From: a virus
Length of the DNA: 64,000 nucleotides
Reading direction: 5' to 3' (one strand)
IMG/VR virus record: IMGVR_UViG_3300015242_000020
Span: 71,565-135,564 of that record
Notes under the pieces: generated by a model
Told to the model about the DNA's origin: nothing
The model's database searches: none
What the model saw: the letters and a program-made list of their open reading frames with translations, nothing else
Shown: positions 36,425-46,801 of the stretch, in pieces
How the letters are laid out: the number at the start of each line of letters is the position of its first letter
Numbering within the stretch: position 1 is the stretch's first letter
Program-made: the position numbers and the translations under genes

Positions 36425-37563
36425 TTCTCGCCGTCCAGGATGGCGGCCATCTCCTCGGAATAGTCGGCCTCGGCGAAGTCACCGCCGGGCTGCTCCACCA
36501 GGCCGTCCTTGTTGGCCAGCATTGCGGTGCGGATTAGCTCGACCTGCTCGGGGTGCGCCCGGAAGTGCGCCACCACCGCGTCCTTGCCGACCAGCTTGAG
36601 CGGCTCCTCGGTACCGTTCGGCACGGTGTAACGACCACCGCCCCCAGTGCCCAGGAGGTCGAGGTCACGGGCGACCTTGAACGCCTCGGCGGCCTTGTCG
36701 ATACCGACCGGCCCGTACTTCTCGGTGGCCTGATTGATCAGGAAAAAGTTGGCCACGTAGCCGGCGGGGGCGAGCTTGTTCTTCTCCACCTTGGCCACGA
36801 TCTCGTGCCCGACCGGGATGTCGATGCCGTCGACCTTGATGGTGAGCTTCTCCCGACCGGCCCGAAGGTTGAGCCGCATCGCGGTCACGTGGGTGAGGGC
36901 AAAGCCGCCGGTGCGGGTGATGGTGCCGCCATACGTGCCGATGTTGGCGCGCACCTGGTTGATGATCATCAGGGTGGTGCCGTTGGCCTTGCACATCGCC
37001 GAGCACTGTTTGACCAGCCGGGTGACCACGCGGGCGACGGCGGCCACGGTGGCCTCGTCGGATTCCTTCTCGTATTCCGAGCGAGTGATCATGGCGCCGA
37101 CCGAGTCGACTACCACCAGGGAGAAGATCCCCCGATGCACCATCCGCTTGGTGATGTCGGAGACGTCCTCAGCGGTGTGCGGATTGGGCACCAACACCAG
37201 CCGCTTGAGGTCGACCCCGAGCGTCTCGGCCCAGACCGCGTCAAAGGTCTGCTCCATGTCGATCCAGCCGGCGACCTGATCGGGAAAGACGCGCTGGGCG
37301 TTGGCCACCGCGAGCATGGCAGTGGTGGTCTTGCCTGCGTCTGAGGGCCCCCAGATCTCCACGATCTGGCTGGTCGGGTAGCCACCGATCTGGGTGGCGG
37401 CATCCAGGGCCAGGGAGCCGGTGGGAATGACCGTACGAGTCGGCTTGCTGGAGGTCCGCAGAATCTCCAGGCCCATGTCCTTCGCCAGGCCGGCCTGAAA
37501 CTCTTCGAGCGCCTTGGCGGAGGCCTTATTCGACTTCCAACCGGTGCTGTATGAGGTGGGCAT
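36421..37563 (-). CDS. recA: RecA recombinase
   Basis: IPTGSLALD, EIWGPSDAGKTT, VVVDSV, INQVR, VEKNK. Confidence 0.95.
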   Translation of the reverse strand: MPTSYSTGWKSNKASAKALEEFQAGLAKDMGLEILRTSSKPTRTVIPTGSLALDAATQIGGYPTSQIVEIWGPSDAGKTTTAMLAVANAQRVFPDQVAGWIDMEQTFDAVWAETLGVDLKRLVLVPNPHTAEDVSDITKRMVHRGIFSLVVVDSVGAMITRSEYEKESDEATVAAVARVVTRLVKQCSAMCKANGTTLMIINQVRANIGTYGGTITRTGGFALTHVTAMRLNLRAGREKLTIKVDGIDIPVGHEIVAKVEKNKLAPAGYVANFFLINQATEKYGPVGIDKAAEAFKVARDLDLLGTGGGGRYTVPNGTEEPLKLVGKDAVVAHFRAHPEQVELIRTAMLANKDGLVEQPGGDFAEADYSEEMAAILDGEK

Positions 37564-37611
37564 ACTTCTATCTCCTAGCGAGGGGTGGGTATCAAACTAG
37601 CTTAGACGACT

Positions 37612-40600
37612 CTAGGCGGGAGCCAGGTCGTCCAGGACGAGTCCTCTCTCCGCCTTGCGCAGGACCATGACCAACAGTGCATCGGTGGCCAGATCCTGGC
37701 GATGTTTGGCGTACTCCTCCGGAAATACCGCCACGTCCAGGTCGCCGTCCTGGGCGAGGATCCCGAGAAACGCCATCCGGTTGCCGCTCTTCGTGGTGTG
37801 CGGCCGGATGCGGTTGACCAGACCGACCGTGATGTAGCGCCCGTACGGTCCGGCCTCGATCTCACTGGCTTTGTGCAGGGTCTTCAGGTCTTCCGGGTCG
37901 ATCCGATCAAACGGAGTCGAGGTGAGATAAACACCGAGCAGCTCTTTCTCCCGGTTGATGATGTCATCGGCGGTGTAGGGCCGGATCAGCTCGATCTGCA
38001 GCGGCTCGGGTGGTGTGTAATTCCGGCAGGCCACGGTGCATCGTTTTGGTGGAGACTTGGGGGCTTGGGTCGGCCCACCGGGGATCTGGTCTTTCCTGGG
38101 AATCCGGACCATAGGCGGATCGATCTCGGCAGACCAGTCAAATCCGCAAGGGAGCCCACCGGGACCAGTGGTGGTCTCGATCTTGTGCTGGCAGCAGATC
38201 GACTCATCCGAGGTCGCCCACTCCAGCTGGCTCTCCAGCGCGCGCCGGTTGGGATAGAGAGAGTCGAAGGAGCCGACGGCGGCCAGCGTCTTGGTGATTC
38301 CGGTATTGGCGCCGGAGGTCTCCTGGAAGCGTTCGATCGAGTCGTACGGCTGCCGGGCCACGATCTTTTGGGCAGTCGGCTTTCCGACCCCCTTGACCGA
38401 GGACAGGCCATAGCGGACGCCCTCAGTTGTGGAGCTAAAGTCCACCCCGGAGATATTGATATCCGGAGGGAGCACTCGATATCCCAGCCGGCGAGTCTCT
38501 CGGACGAAGTCGGGAATGCGATCGTCGTCCACTGTGGAAAGGACGGCGGTCATGAATTCCACCTCGAAGTGGAACTTCAGCCATGCCGTCCAGGTACCGA
38601 TAATGGCGTAGCCGTAGGAGTGGGCTTTCCCAAAGGAGTATTTGGCGAACTCCTCCATCTGCGCCCAGAGAGACTCGGCCACCTGCATATCGGTGCCGCA
38701 CTCGACCGCGCGCCGCTTGAATTCCTGGCCGGCCGGGCCGATCTTCTCCACCAGCTTCTTGCCGAGGATCTTGCGGACCCCGTCGGCCTCGGTCTCGTCA
38801 TAGCCGGCCAGCGTCATGGTGGTCGCCAGGATCTGCTCCTGGAAAATGATGCAGCCGAGGGTCGTCTTGAGGAAGGACTCCATCCGGGGGTCCGGATAGG
38901 TGACCACCTCATTGCCGGCCCGGCGCCGCAGATACATCTCAGTCAGACCCGAGCGCATGGGGCCCGGTCGCACGATGGCGCCGATGATGGCGAGGTCATC
39001 CACACTGGCCGGCCGCAGCTGCTTGGTCAGCTTGGTTCCGGCGGCCGTCTCGATCTGAAAGATGCCCAGGGTATGACCGTCGGAGACCTGATCCCAGATC
39101 TCTGGGTCGTCCAGCTCCTCCTGCAGCTCGTAGAGGTTGATCCGCTTGCCGTAGCGGCGCTCGATCTCATCCAGTGCGACCTGGATGGTGTCCAGGGTGC
39201 GTAGGGTCAGCAGGTCGAACTTCACATACCCCAGCTCGGCCAGAGCGTTCATATCGAACTGGGTGGTCATGTGGCCGTCATCGCCGAGCCGTAGCGGCAG
39301 GTCGGTCAGCGGCTTGTCTGTGGAGATCACCATGCCGGCGGCGTGTTTTCCGTAGGACTTCAGCCGGCCGACCATCTGATCAGCGGCGGCGAAAACCTCC
39401 GGGTACTTGTCACGGTAGGCCCCGAGCAGCTCACCAAACTGGGTCCACAGGTCCTCCCAGGAGGTGTGCTTGCCGGCCAGCGGACGGTCGATCTCATCGA
39501 TAATCTTGGAGACCAGCTTGAGGTCGTTGTAGTCCACGGGAGTACGCAGCACCGGCTTCAGCGCGCGCTGGGCGCTGTCGATCGCGCCCTTGGACTGCAG
39601 CCGCAGCTGGGTGCCGATCGAGATGGCGTTGTCCTCGCCCCAGCGCTTGCGCAGGTAGTCCTTGATCCAGTCCCGTTTGCTGGCCGGAAAGTCCATGTCG
39701 AAGTCGGGCAGCTCGTTGCGGCCCTCGGTGAGGAACCGCTCGAACATCAAGTCGTAGTAGATCGGGTCGATCTCCTCGATCCCGGCCAGGTAGGCAACCA
39801 GAGATCCACCGCCAGAGCCTCGGCAGGGGCCGGCCAGAATGCCCTCTCGCTTGGCTGCACTGACGTAGTCCTCCACCACGAGGAAATAGCCGCAAAACTG
39901 CTTTCGGACCAGCAGGTCCATCTCCCGCTCGAACCGGGCCCGGTAGATCTCCTCAGGGTCCCGGCGGCCAGTGGCCTTCTTGACCCAGTTGGTCTGGCAG
40001 ATCTCTCGGAGCCGGCGCTCGTCATCGGCGATCGCGTTCTCGCCCTTGCTGTAGGTCGGGGCCGTGGGGACGCCTGAGATCAACGCTGTGCAGCGATTAG
40101 CCACCACCACGGTGTTCGCCATGGCCTCGGCCACCACACCGGAGGGCAGGTAGCTCAGGGCCTGCTCGACCTCATCGGCGGTGTGCATGTAGTAGTCGGC
40201 CGCTCCGCCGAACAGCGACGAGTCCTCGGTGACATCCTTGTTGGTCTGCACCGCCAGCCAGGTGTGGTGCGCCTGGGCGTCCTCGTGGTGGGTGTAGTGC
40301 GAGTCGGTGCAGGCGATCAGCGGGATGTTGTACTCCATGGCGTAGCCGACCGACGCCTGATTGACCTTGACCTGGTCGGGCAGCGTGTTGGTGTGCAGCT
40401 CGATGTAGAGCCGGTCATCGAAGATGTCCAGCAGCCGGCCGAGCACCATCCGGGCGGCCATGTCGTCGCCAGCCAGGATGGCCTGAGCGAGCGGTCCACG
40501 CAGGCAGCCAGTGGAAGCCATGACGCCCTCATTCAGGCGATCCAAGGTCTCCCAATCCAGCCGGGGGTAGTAGTAGAAGCCTTCCCGGAATGCCTCGGTG

Positions 40601-41403
40601 GACATGGCCCACAGATTGCGCAGACCGGCATCGGTCATGGCCCACAGCGTCATGTGCTGGTAGTCACGGACCTCGGCCGTATCGGACTTGGCTACCTCCT
40701 TGCCGTCCTCCATCTCGGTCCACTTCTTGGGCCGGCGGTGCCGGTCGGCGACGAAGTATGCCTCCATGCCGAAGATCGGTTTGATGCCGGCCTGCTGACA
40801 GATCGCCTGCAGCTCGGGGTGACTCACACAGTTGCCGTGGTCAGATGCAGCAAGGGCACCCTGACCGTCGGCCACCGCGAAGTCGACCATCTCTTGGATC
40901 CGGGAGAAACCGTCTAGTGCGCTGTATTCGGTGTGTGTGTGGAGCGAGACGAATCGTCCCTCCACTGTGGAGGGCTCCTGAGCCAGCTCGGTCTTGGTGT
41001 AGGTGTCGTCGTTGGTGAACATCTCCGGCGGGAAGTAGCCGACCAGATCGGTGAACGTCCACTCTTGGTGTGGGTAGGCCACCCAGCCGGACGGAATCCC
41101 GTATGCGGCCTGGGCGGGCAGCTCTGTGCGCTCGGCAATGAACTGCTGGGCGCCCAGCAGGAGCCACGCACCACCAGGGTCACGAGCCAGCAGCGCACAG
41201 GCACCGGATTCATAGGCCTTGACCCAGGTACGTACCGGGATGGTCTGGCCGGCACCCAGCAGCAGATAACGAAAGCCCTCCTCGTCCTGGACTAAGGCCG
41301 GGACGGGAATGATCTCGTCATCAATGACGACCGGGATCTCTGTTTCCGATTCGGTGGCGAAGCTTTCGACGAGCTGCATCAGGGGGTCCTTGAGAAAGAC
41401 CAC
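37612..41403 (-). CDS. dnaE: DNA polymerase III alpha subunit
   Basis: PHP LHTHTEYSALDG; RGSGGGSL; PDFDMDF; HAAG; KFDLLTL; KYSFGKAHS; C-terminal OB fold. Confidence 0.95.
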   Translation of the reverse strand: MVFLKDPLMQLVESFATESETEIPVVIDDEIIPVPALVQDEEGFRYLLLGAGQTIPVRTWVKAYESGACALLARDPGGAWLLLGAQQFIAERTELPAQAAYGIPSGWVAYPHQEWTFTDLVGYFPPEMFTNDDTYTKTELAQEPSTVEGRFVSLHTHTEYSALDGFSRIQEMVDFAVADGQGALAASDHGNCVSHPELQAICQQAGIKPIFGMEAYFVADRHRRPKKWTEMEDGKEVAKSDTAEVRDYQHMTLWAMTDAGLRNLWAMSTEAFREGFYYYPRLDWETLDRLNEGVMASTGCLRGPLAQAILAGDDMAARMVLGRLLDIFDDRLYIELHTNTLPDQVKVNQASVGYAMEYNIPLIACTDSHYTHHEDAQAHHTWLAVQTNKDVTEDSSLFGGAADYYMHTADEVEQALSYLPSGVVAEAMANTVVVANRCTALISGVPTAPTYSKGENAIADDERRLREICQTNWVKKATGRRDPEEIYRARFEREMDLLVRKQFCGYFLVVEDYVSAAKREGILAGPCRGSGGGSLVAYLAGIEEIDPIYYDLMFERFLTEGRNELPDFDMDFPASKRDWIKDYLRKRWGEDNAISIGTQLRLQSKGAIDSAQRALKPVLRTPVDYNDLKLVSKIIDEIDRPLAGKHTSWEDLWTQFGELLGAYRDKYPEVFAAADQMVGRLKSYGKHAAGMVISTDKPLTDLPLRLGDDGHMTTQFDMNALAELGYVKFDLLTLRTLDTIQVALDEIERRYGKRINLYELQEELDDPEIWDQVSDGHTLGIFQIETAAGTKLTKQLRPASVDDLAIIGAIVRPGPMRSGLTEMYLRRRAGNEVVTYPDPRMESFLKTTLGCIIFQEQILATTMTLAGYDETEADGVRKILGKKLVEKIGPAGQEFKRRAVECGTDMQVAESLWAQMEEFAKYSFGKAHSYGYAIIGTWTAWLKFHFEVEFMTAVLSTVDDDRIPDFVRETRRLGYRVLPPDINISGVDFSSTTEGVRYGLSSVKGVGKPTAQKIVARQPYDSIERFQETSGANTGITKTLAAVGSFDSLYPNRRALESQLEWATSDESICCQHKIETTTGPGGLPCGFDWSAEIDPPMVRIPRKDQIPGGPTQAPKSPPKRCTVACRNYTPPEPLQIELIRPYTADDIINREKELLGVYLTSTPFDRIDPEDLKTLHKASEIEAGPYGRYITVGLVNRIRPHTTKSGNRMAFLGILAQDGDLDVAVFPEEYAKHRQDLATDALLVMVLRKAERGLVLDDLAPA

Positions 41404-41462
41404 GGCAGGTCGGTGTGCCTCTCGGGGGGAGGAGGTCCGACCTGCCGTGGGGCTAGTGATGG

Positions 41463-42473
41463 TTACTTGTAGTACGTCTTCTGGGCAGGCGATTCCGGCT
41501 TCGGCTCAGCCGCAGCATCCTCGGAGTCCTTGTTGACGTACTTCTCGAAGACCTTTTCCCTAATAGCAGCGTGCTGCTCGGCCGTGACGTCATTCGACGG
41601 TGCCGAGACTGCATTGGCCGACTTGTCGTCATCATCGGTGGGGATGAAGAACCGCTCATAGTGCTCGGGGCTGGCATTTTCTGCCGCCATCCGAAGCAGA
41701 TCCGGTACGAGAGCCTTGGGGTAGTACTCCTCCATGATCTCCGGAATACGCAGATCGAGAGAAGCCTGCTGACCCGAGCCCACTGGCCATTCGATCGCGT
41801 AGGGGTCTTCCGGAGCGAACCTGTACTCGGTGTCGTCCCTCTCCTTGCCGCTGCGCTGGATCCAGTAATCCCGATCCAATACCGTCTGGCGACGCATCGC
41901 GGTGCCCTGCAGAATGCCAAAGAAGTTCTTACGCCCCTGCTTGACCCAGCGGATATCGGGGACCACCTCGGTGATCTCTTTGTCATCCACGGTGCGGGTG
42001 ATCTCTTTCATCACCGTACGGAAGCCCAGATTCTTCCCGGTCTTTTCGTCCAGCACCTCTTCGCGCATCGCGACAAGTGCCCAAATACGGGCCTTGGCGA
42101 ATGCTTTCTTCCCGTCGGAGTCCGTCACGTTCTGGCAGATCCAGCACGGGGAGAGCTTGCCCTTAAAGAGCCGGTCATCCTGGCATACCGCTGACATCCG
42201 GGCCGGCCAGTTGTCGCCCTTGAAATCCGCCGGCTTCGGCTTGGTGTCGACGAAGTGCTCTTTCACCGTCAGCCATGCGATGTACGGGCCGGATCCGGGA
42301 TTCATGTCATTGAGAAACCGGACGAGGACCTTGTCGCCATCTTGGAGGGTAAAAAAATCGGCCCGATTGAACTTCGAGCCCTTGCGCTTCGTGAGCTGTT
42401 CGGCGGCCTCAGCCCCGGTCGAGCCCTCGACATCCATCCACTGGAGGTCTTCGTCAATCTGGGTGGTGGTCAT
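41463..42473 (-). CDS. Single-stranded DNA-binding protein (gp32-like)
   Basis: FFTLQDGDKVLVRFL, CWIC, RSGKERDDTEY, acidic tail; replication operon. Confidence 0.7.
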   Translation of the reverse strand: MTTTQIDEDLQWMDVEGSTGAEAAEQLTKRKGSKFNRADFFTLQDGDKVLVRFLNDMNPGSGPYIAWLTVKEHFVDTKPKPADFKGDNWPARMSAVCQDDRLFKGKLSPCWICQNVTDSDGKKAFAKARIWALVAMREEVLDEKTGKNLGFRTVMKEITRTVDDKEITEVVPDIRWVKQGRKNFFGILQGTAMRRQTVLDRDYWIQRSGKERDDTEYRFAPEDPYAIEWPVGSGQQASLDLRIPEIMEEYYPKALVPDLLRMAAENASPEHYERFFIPTDDDDKSANAVSAPSNDVTAEQHAAIREKVFEKYVNKDSEDAAAEPKPESPAQKTYYK

Positions 42474-43228
42474 GCGGCGGTTGTCCTTTGCAGTAGGGCG
42501 ATGTAGTTGGCTGCATCTTCGGCGTAAACGGCATCAGGGAGGCGATCTTCGTGGAGAAATACGACGGTGTGGTACCCAACCTGCTGGACGAGCCACGGGA
42601 TCAAGGCGACGCGGTGGAATCCGAGGGCGATAGATACTTCTATCCCTCGGTCCCGACATGCCTGGATGAGGAGACTCTGCCAGTGGGGCAGGTGTTCAGT
42701 TTGACCAGCGGTGCTGCGATACAGGTAGTGGGAGTAGGGGAAGCCGGTGTCCGGCGATGCCTCCCCATCTTGCACATCAACTGAAGAGTCGTCAAGGGAA
42801 GCTTGGAACTTGTCGTCGGGCAGGGACATAATGAACTTCTCTATTTCCGAGATCTGTTCCAGTGTTTCTTCCGAAGCATCTTCGCGTATCTTCCTGCGAA
42901 ATTGCTCGACCACATATCGATCGCTCATCGGAGGTCCGAGCGGTCGGAGGTCATAGACCGCCCGGGTATCAGCATCGAGCAGCTGAGAGAGCACGTAGGT
43001 CAGGTACGGGGAGTCCTGCCCGCCTTGGCGCTGGTAGCCCTCCCGTAGCTCTTTACGTGTCGCCTCGGGACGCACCCCCAGGGCACGGTAGTAGCCGTTG
43101 ACGTCCCAGCAAATGCGCGCCACCGAGACCAACGTGGTGCAGGTCGAAAAGACCGGAGGGCCGAAGCCGATCCGGTACGGCCGGTCGTGGTCGACCAGCT
43201 CAGTCGTCGGTGTCGTCGTTATCGTCAT
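42470..43228 (-). CDS. DnaJ-like domain protein (degenerate J domain)
   Basis: YYRALGVRPEATRKELREGY...LLD..TRAVYD; no HPD. Confidence 0.7.
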   Translation of the reverse strand: MTITTTPTTELVDHDRPYRIGFGPPVFSTCTTLVSVARICWDVNGYYRALGVRPEATRKELREGYQRQGGQDSPYLTYVLSQLLDADTRAVYDLRPLGPPMSDRYVVEQFRRKIREDASEETLEQISEIEKFIMSLPDDKFQASLDDSSVDVQDGEASPDTGFPYSHYLYRSTAGQTEHLPHWQSLLIQACRDRGIEVSIALGFHRVALIPWLVQQVGYHTVVFLHEDRLPDAVYAEDAANYIALLQRTTAA

Positions 43229-43363
43229 CGGGGTAGGGCAGTTCCGGCTGGCTTTCCTCGGCGGTACGCCTGGCGGTTGCCGAGGCGAGATCCTGCGTCA
43301 TCTCTTCCTGGGTCTCGGGGTCTCGAACGACCTGGCCGCGACCATGCTTAATCATCACTGGAA

Positions 43364-44440
43364 TTATTCTCCTTCCCATTTCTTCAATGATTCTGGCTGG
43401 GGTCTAGTCCACACCGCGAACGGTACGGCAGTCTCCACCAGTTCTCGCACGATGTCATCACCCATGTCACCGGGGTCTGCGGCCCACGGGTTATCCACCA
43501 CCCGGATATCGCAGTAGCCCTGCAGCCGCTCCACGATCCCCTTCGAGATCTGCTTGGGCGGCCCGTACTTCTGGTCCTCCCAATGCCCGTCCACCGCACG
43601 CCAGCCGGCCAGGTCGTTATCCATAAACAGGACCACCCGCTCGTGTCGGGCCAGCTGCTTGATCTGGGCATCGGTTACCGCCGCGCCGAAGGTCGCCTCG
43701 ATCGGCAGGTGATGGCAGTGCCGCAGCGCCGAAAAAGGAGACTCGACGATGACGGCAGTCTTAGCCCACGGGTCGAAGTTGTAGATAGTTCTATCTGCCG
43801 GGAATCCTTCGGTGCTCAGATACTTGGGGGTGCCGTCTTTGACCAGCCTGCGGCTCTGCCAGCCCACCAGACGGCCCTTCCAGATGTGCGGCAGGATGAT
43901 GCGCTCACTGGTGCGGTCCTGGCTGATCTGCAGCGCCTCGGCGTAGCCGGCCTGCATCCGGATGATGTTCTGTCTCGGGATGTGCCGGACCTCGGTGAGG
44001 TAGGGATGGATGACCCGCCACGGATCCAGCACCCGTGTGCTCATGGACGGGATCGGCACTACCGCCCTGCTCTTGGGGGTGGCGTAGATGGCATCGAGCA
44101 GGTTGAGCAGCGCCGGCAGGTTGGACTCGGCCCCGAATCCGGTCTGCCCGTCCAGCCACTTACGGGCCTCCCTCTCCTGCAGCCCCCGACAGGAGGCAAT
44201 GAACCACAGAATCCCGCCACCTGAGTCGCACGAGAGACACCGAAAGACCAGCTTCCGGTAATTCAGCGCGGCGCTGGGATGCCGGTCATCGTGCCAAGGC
44301 AGCGGGCAACAGCAAATCAGCTCACCATCGGGCTCACGGGCATGAATCTTGGTCACGCCAAACTCAGCCAGTAGCTCCCGACAGAATTGCTCCTTCACCG
44401 AGTCCGGAAGGGAGGTCTGGGCTAGGACTGAGGTAGGCAC
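43364..44440 (-). CDS. dnaG: DNA primase
   Basis: CPLPWH.D..PS...CLSC zinc finger; GTPKYL; TOPRIM VES...FMDNDLAG; DPGD. Confidence 0.9.
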   Translation of the reverse strand: MPTSVLAQTSLPDSVKEQFCRELLAEFGVTKIHAREPDGELICCCPLPWHDDRHPSAALNYRKLVFRCLSCDSGGGILWFIASCRGLQEREARKWLDGQTGFGAESNLPALLNLLDAIYATPKSRAVVPIPSMSTRVLDPWRVIHPYLTEVRHIPRQNIIRMQAGYAEALQISQDRTSERIILPHIWKGRLVGWQSRRLVKDGTPKYLSTEGFPADRTIYNFDPWAKTAVIVESPFSALRHCHHLPIEATFGAAVTDAQIKQLARHERVVLFMDNDLAGWRAVDGHWEDQKYGPPKQISKGIVERLQGYCDIRVVDNPWAADPGDMGDDIVRELVETAVPFAVWTRPQPESLKKWEGE

Positions 44441-44610
44441 GCCGGGGCCAGACTCAGGCGATCGTAGCGGTCCGGAAACAGCATCGTTCGGATCTCCGGG
44501 TCATCGATCTGAAAGTCAAGGAGGACCTCCGTGCCATCGTCGGATATCTCGTAGGTTGCCGAGCCGATGAGGCGATCGAAGTTCCATTTCAGCGGGACAG
44601 TTTTGGTCAT
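44422..44610 (-). CDS. Hypothetical protein
   Basis: ATGA overlap with dnaB stop. Confidence 0.45.
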   Translation of the reverse strand: MTKTVPLKWNFDRLIGSATYEISDDGTEVLLDFQIDDPEIRTMLFPDRYDRLSLAPACLPQS

Positions 44611-45908
44611 TGGATGATCTCCTGGTGCACAGAGATATTGCCGGTGTCGATGAGCCACTGCAGCTCGAAGTTGCGCATATCCGCCGCTCGACGGGTGGCC
44701 AGTGTTTGCAGCTCCATCAGGTGGATGGCACGCTGTTCGGCCGAGGCGAACATGCCAAACTGCCAGTCCACGGTGCGCTCGGTCTCGGAGGAGTTGGCGC
44801 CCTTGTTCGCCGAGACCCGGCCGGTCTTCTCGGCGATCTCGATGCCGTCCCGGTTGAGCTGATGCGCCATCAGGCACGGCATCTGGTTGCGGCCGGTGGA
44901 GATGAGAGTCTTGGTGTCGTGCAGCATCCGGCCAACCGACTCATCCTGGCGCTCCCGGGAGCGGCCCTTGACCGCCTCCATGAACGTCAGCTGGTCGATG
45001 TAGAGATCATCGGCGCCGACCGCGCGGGCCTGCTGCACGATCGCCTGCGGGGTCCGCATCGAGGCCGAGGGGTTGAAGATGTGCAGCGGCACCTGTGAGG
45101 CGGGCAGCACATCATGCACCCACCAGCGCAGCTTCTCGGTGTCCTCGGCGTCCAGGGTGCCGTGCATGAGCTGGGTCAGGGAGATGTGCAGCGCCATGCA
45201 GCCGATCCTCTGCAGGGTCAGCTCGATGGAGTTCTCCAGGGTGAACAGCGCGCCGATGCGGTCGCGCTCCCAGCTCTTGGCGGCCACGAAGTCCAGGGCG
45301 AACGATTTTCCGCTCTTCTGACCGGCCAGGATCATGGCCAGCTCACCGTCGTGGATGCCCCGGGTGTAGTCGTCGACCTCGGGTAAGCCGAAGAGCATGC
45401 CGTGCGGTGCCCCACCGGAGGCCACGACGGACTGGTAGCCCTCCCAGAGGTCTTTACCGCCGGATCGGATGTCGACCCGGCTACGGCGCGGTGAGACGGT
45501 CTGCACGATGGCCGCCAGCTCGGCCGCCTTCTCGGCCAGGATGTCGACCCGGTCCTCGTCATCGGCCTCGGCGATCGCGGTGGCCAGCTCCCGGGAGAAG
45601 GTGTGGGCCTGGCGCTGGGCGAAGAGGGAGTGCAGCTTGGTCAGCGCCCACTCGATGGTGCCATCGATCTCCTCCTCATCGTCGAGGTCGATCTCGTTGT
45701 CGTTGAGGACGTCCTCGAACCGGTCGATCAGCACGTGCGGGGTGGGAGCCTTGCCGCCCTCGGTGCGGTAGGCCAGCGCCCACTCCACCATGTCGCGCAG
45801 CTCTTCGGTTGGCAGGACTTCGATCTCGATGCCTTCCTTGGCCAGGAAGGTCAAGGAGTCGTTGTCGCTCAGCAGCCGGATCAGGGTGTGCTCGGCATGA
45901 ACGCTCAT
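44607..45908 (-). CDS. dnaB: Replicative DNA helicase
   Basis: ILAGQKSGKS, FTLEN, YIDQL, HQLNR. Confidence 0.9.
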   Translation of the reverse strand: MSVHAEHTLIRLLSDNDSLTFLAKEGIEIEVLPTEELRDMVEWALAYRTEGGKAPTPHVLIDRFEDVLNDNEIDLDDEEEIDGTIEWALTKLHSLFAQRQAHTFSRELATAIAEADDEDRVDILAEKAAELAAIVQTVSPRRSRVDIRSGGKDLWEGYQSVVASGGAPHGMLFGLPEVDDYTRGIHDGELAMILAGQKSGKSFALDFVAAKSWERDRIGALFTLENSIELTLQRIGCMALHISLTQLMHGTLDAEDTEKLRWWVHDVLPASQVPLHIFNPSASMRTPQAIVQQARAVGADDLYIDQLTFMEAVKGRSRERQDESVGRMLHDTKTLISTGRNQMPCLMAHQLNRDGIEIAEKTGRVSANKGANSSETERTVDWQFGMFASAEQRAIHLMELQTLATRRAADMRNFELQWLIDTGNISVHQEIIQ

Positions 45909-46798
45909 CAGGATTCGAAATAGAAGATGGGCCGGGTGATACCGATCTTGGTCTCGGTCGCGGTGCGCGACATCATCGCCGGCCGGCCGTTATCGCCGGT
46001 GAAGTTCACCACGAACGAGCATTCCTCCAGCACGTTCATGACGTGGCTGGGGTAAGCCTCGTGCAATTCACTGGTGCTTTTGTTCGTGGAGATAATGGTC
46101 GGCAGGCAAGCCTGGGTGCGCGCGCGGAGAACATCTTCCAGCGCGGCCTCCCCCAGCGACCTGCTGTTCTTGTCGGTGGAGGAGCTGCTGCGCCATTCCC
46201 GAGAGAGATCGTCGATGGCCAGGATCCCCGTCATGCGGAATTCCCGATCGAATTTCTGTTGCGCATTCACGCTGCCGGTACGGTTCCACTGATTGGTGTA
46301 CTCGTTGATCAGCTTCGGTACACCGACCATGCGGCAGCCGATACCACGACCGATCATTTTCTTCAGGATCAGCGCGGTGAGCATGGATTTACCGGTGCCC
46401 GGCTCTCCGGTGAGAATAAGCCCGACACCAGCGTGCAAATACTTCCGGTAATTGTCGAGGTAATCAGAGAGCACTTCATCCCGGTGTGCATCCACGGTGT
46501 GGAGATCACTCCAGGTCTGGCGTTGATAGCGCAATTCCACGCCGCAGCGGAGGAATTCCCGATGCGCAATGAATTGGTCATTGCACGGGCAGGCGTAATC
46601 AATGATTTCCGAGTCGTACGGCTCGTTCTTATACCAGCGAAAAGTCTTCTCTCCCGAGCAGGTGATGCACTGCGCCGGGGACTTGGGCAGGTTGGGATGC
46701 TCGACCTCGAACTGAGCTATTTCATCGTTGCTGCGGGAGGGCCGGATACCGGCGGGAAGCGGGGGGAGCAGATCGGGGTAGGCGTCAGGGGAGGTCAT
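45908..46798 (-). CDS. DnaC/IstB-like helicase loader ATPase
   Basis: CITC...CPC; GEPGTGKS; LAIDDL; TIISTN. Confidence 0.85.
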   Translation of the reverse strand: MTSPDAYPDLLPPLPAGIRPSRSNDEIAQFEVEHPNLPKSPAQCITCSGEKTFRWYKNEPYDSEIIDYACPCNDQFIAHREFLRCGVELRYQRQTWSDLHTVDAHRDEVLSDYLDNYRKYLHAGVGLILTGEPGTGKSMLTALILKKMIGRGIGCRMVGVPKLINEYTNQWNRTGSVNAQQKFDREFRMTGILAIDDLSREWRSSSSTDKNSRSLGEAALEDVLRARTQACLPTIISTNKSTSELHEAYPSHVMNVLEECSFVVNFTGDNGRPAMMSRTATETKIGITRPIFYFES

Positions 46799-46801
46799 GG
46801 C

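Noticed and set aside
27146-45908. Possible inteins or introns in terL, recA, dnaE and dnaB
   Set aside because: Lengths are unremarkable and no intein C...HN-C/S/T or LAGLIDADG motifs were seen.
45908-46798. IstB-like ATPase suggesting an IS21 element
   Set aside because: No IstA transposase or terminal repeats; coupled to dnaB, so read as a helicase loader.
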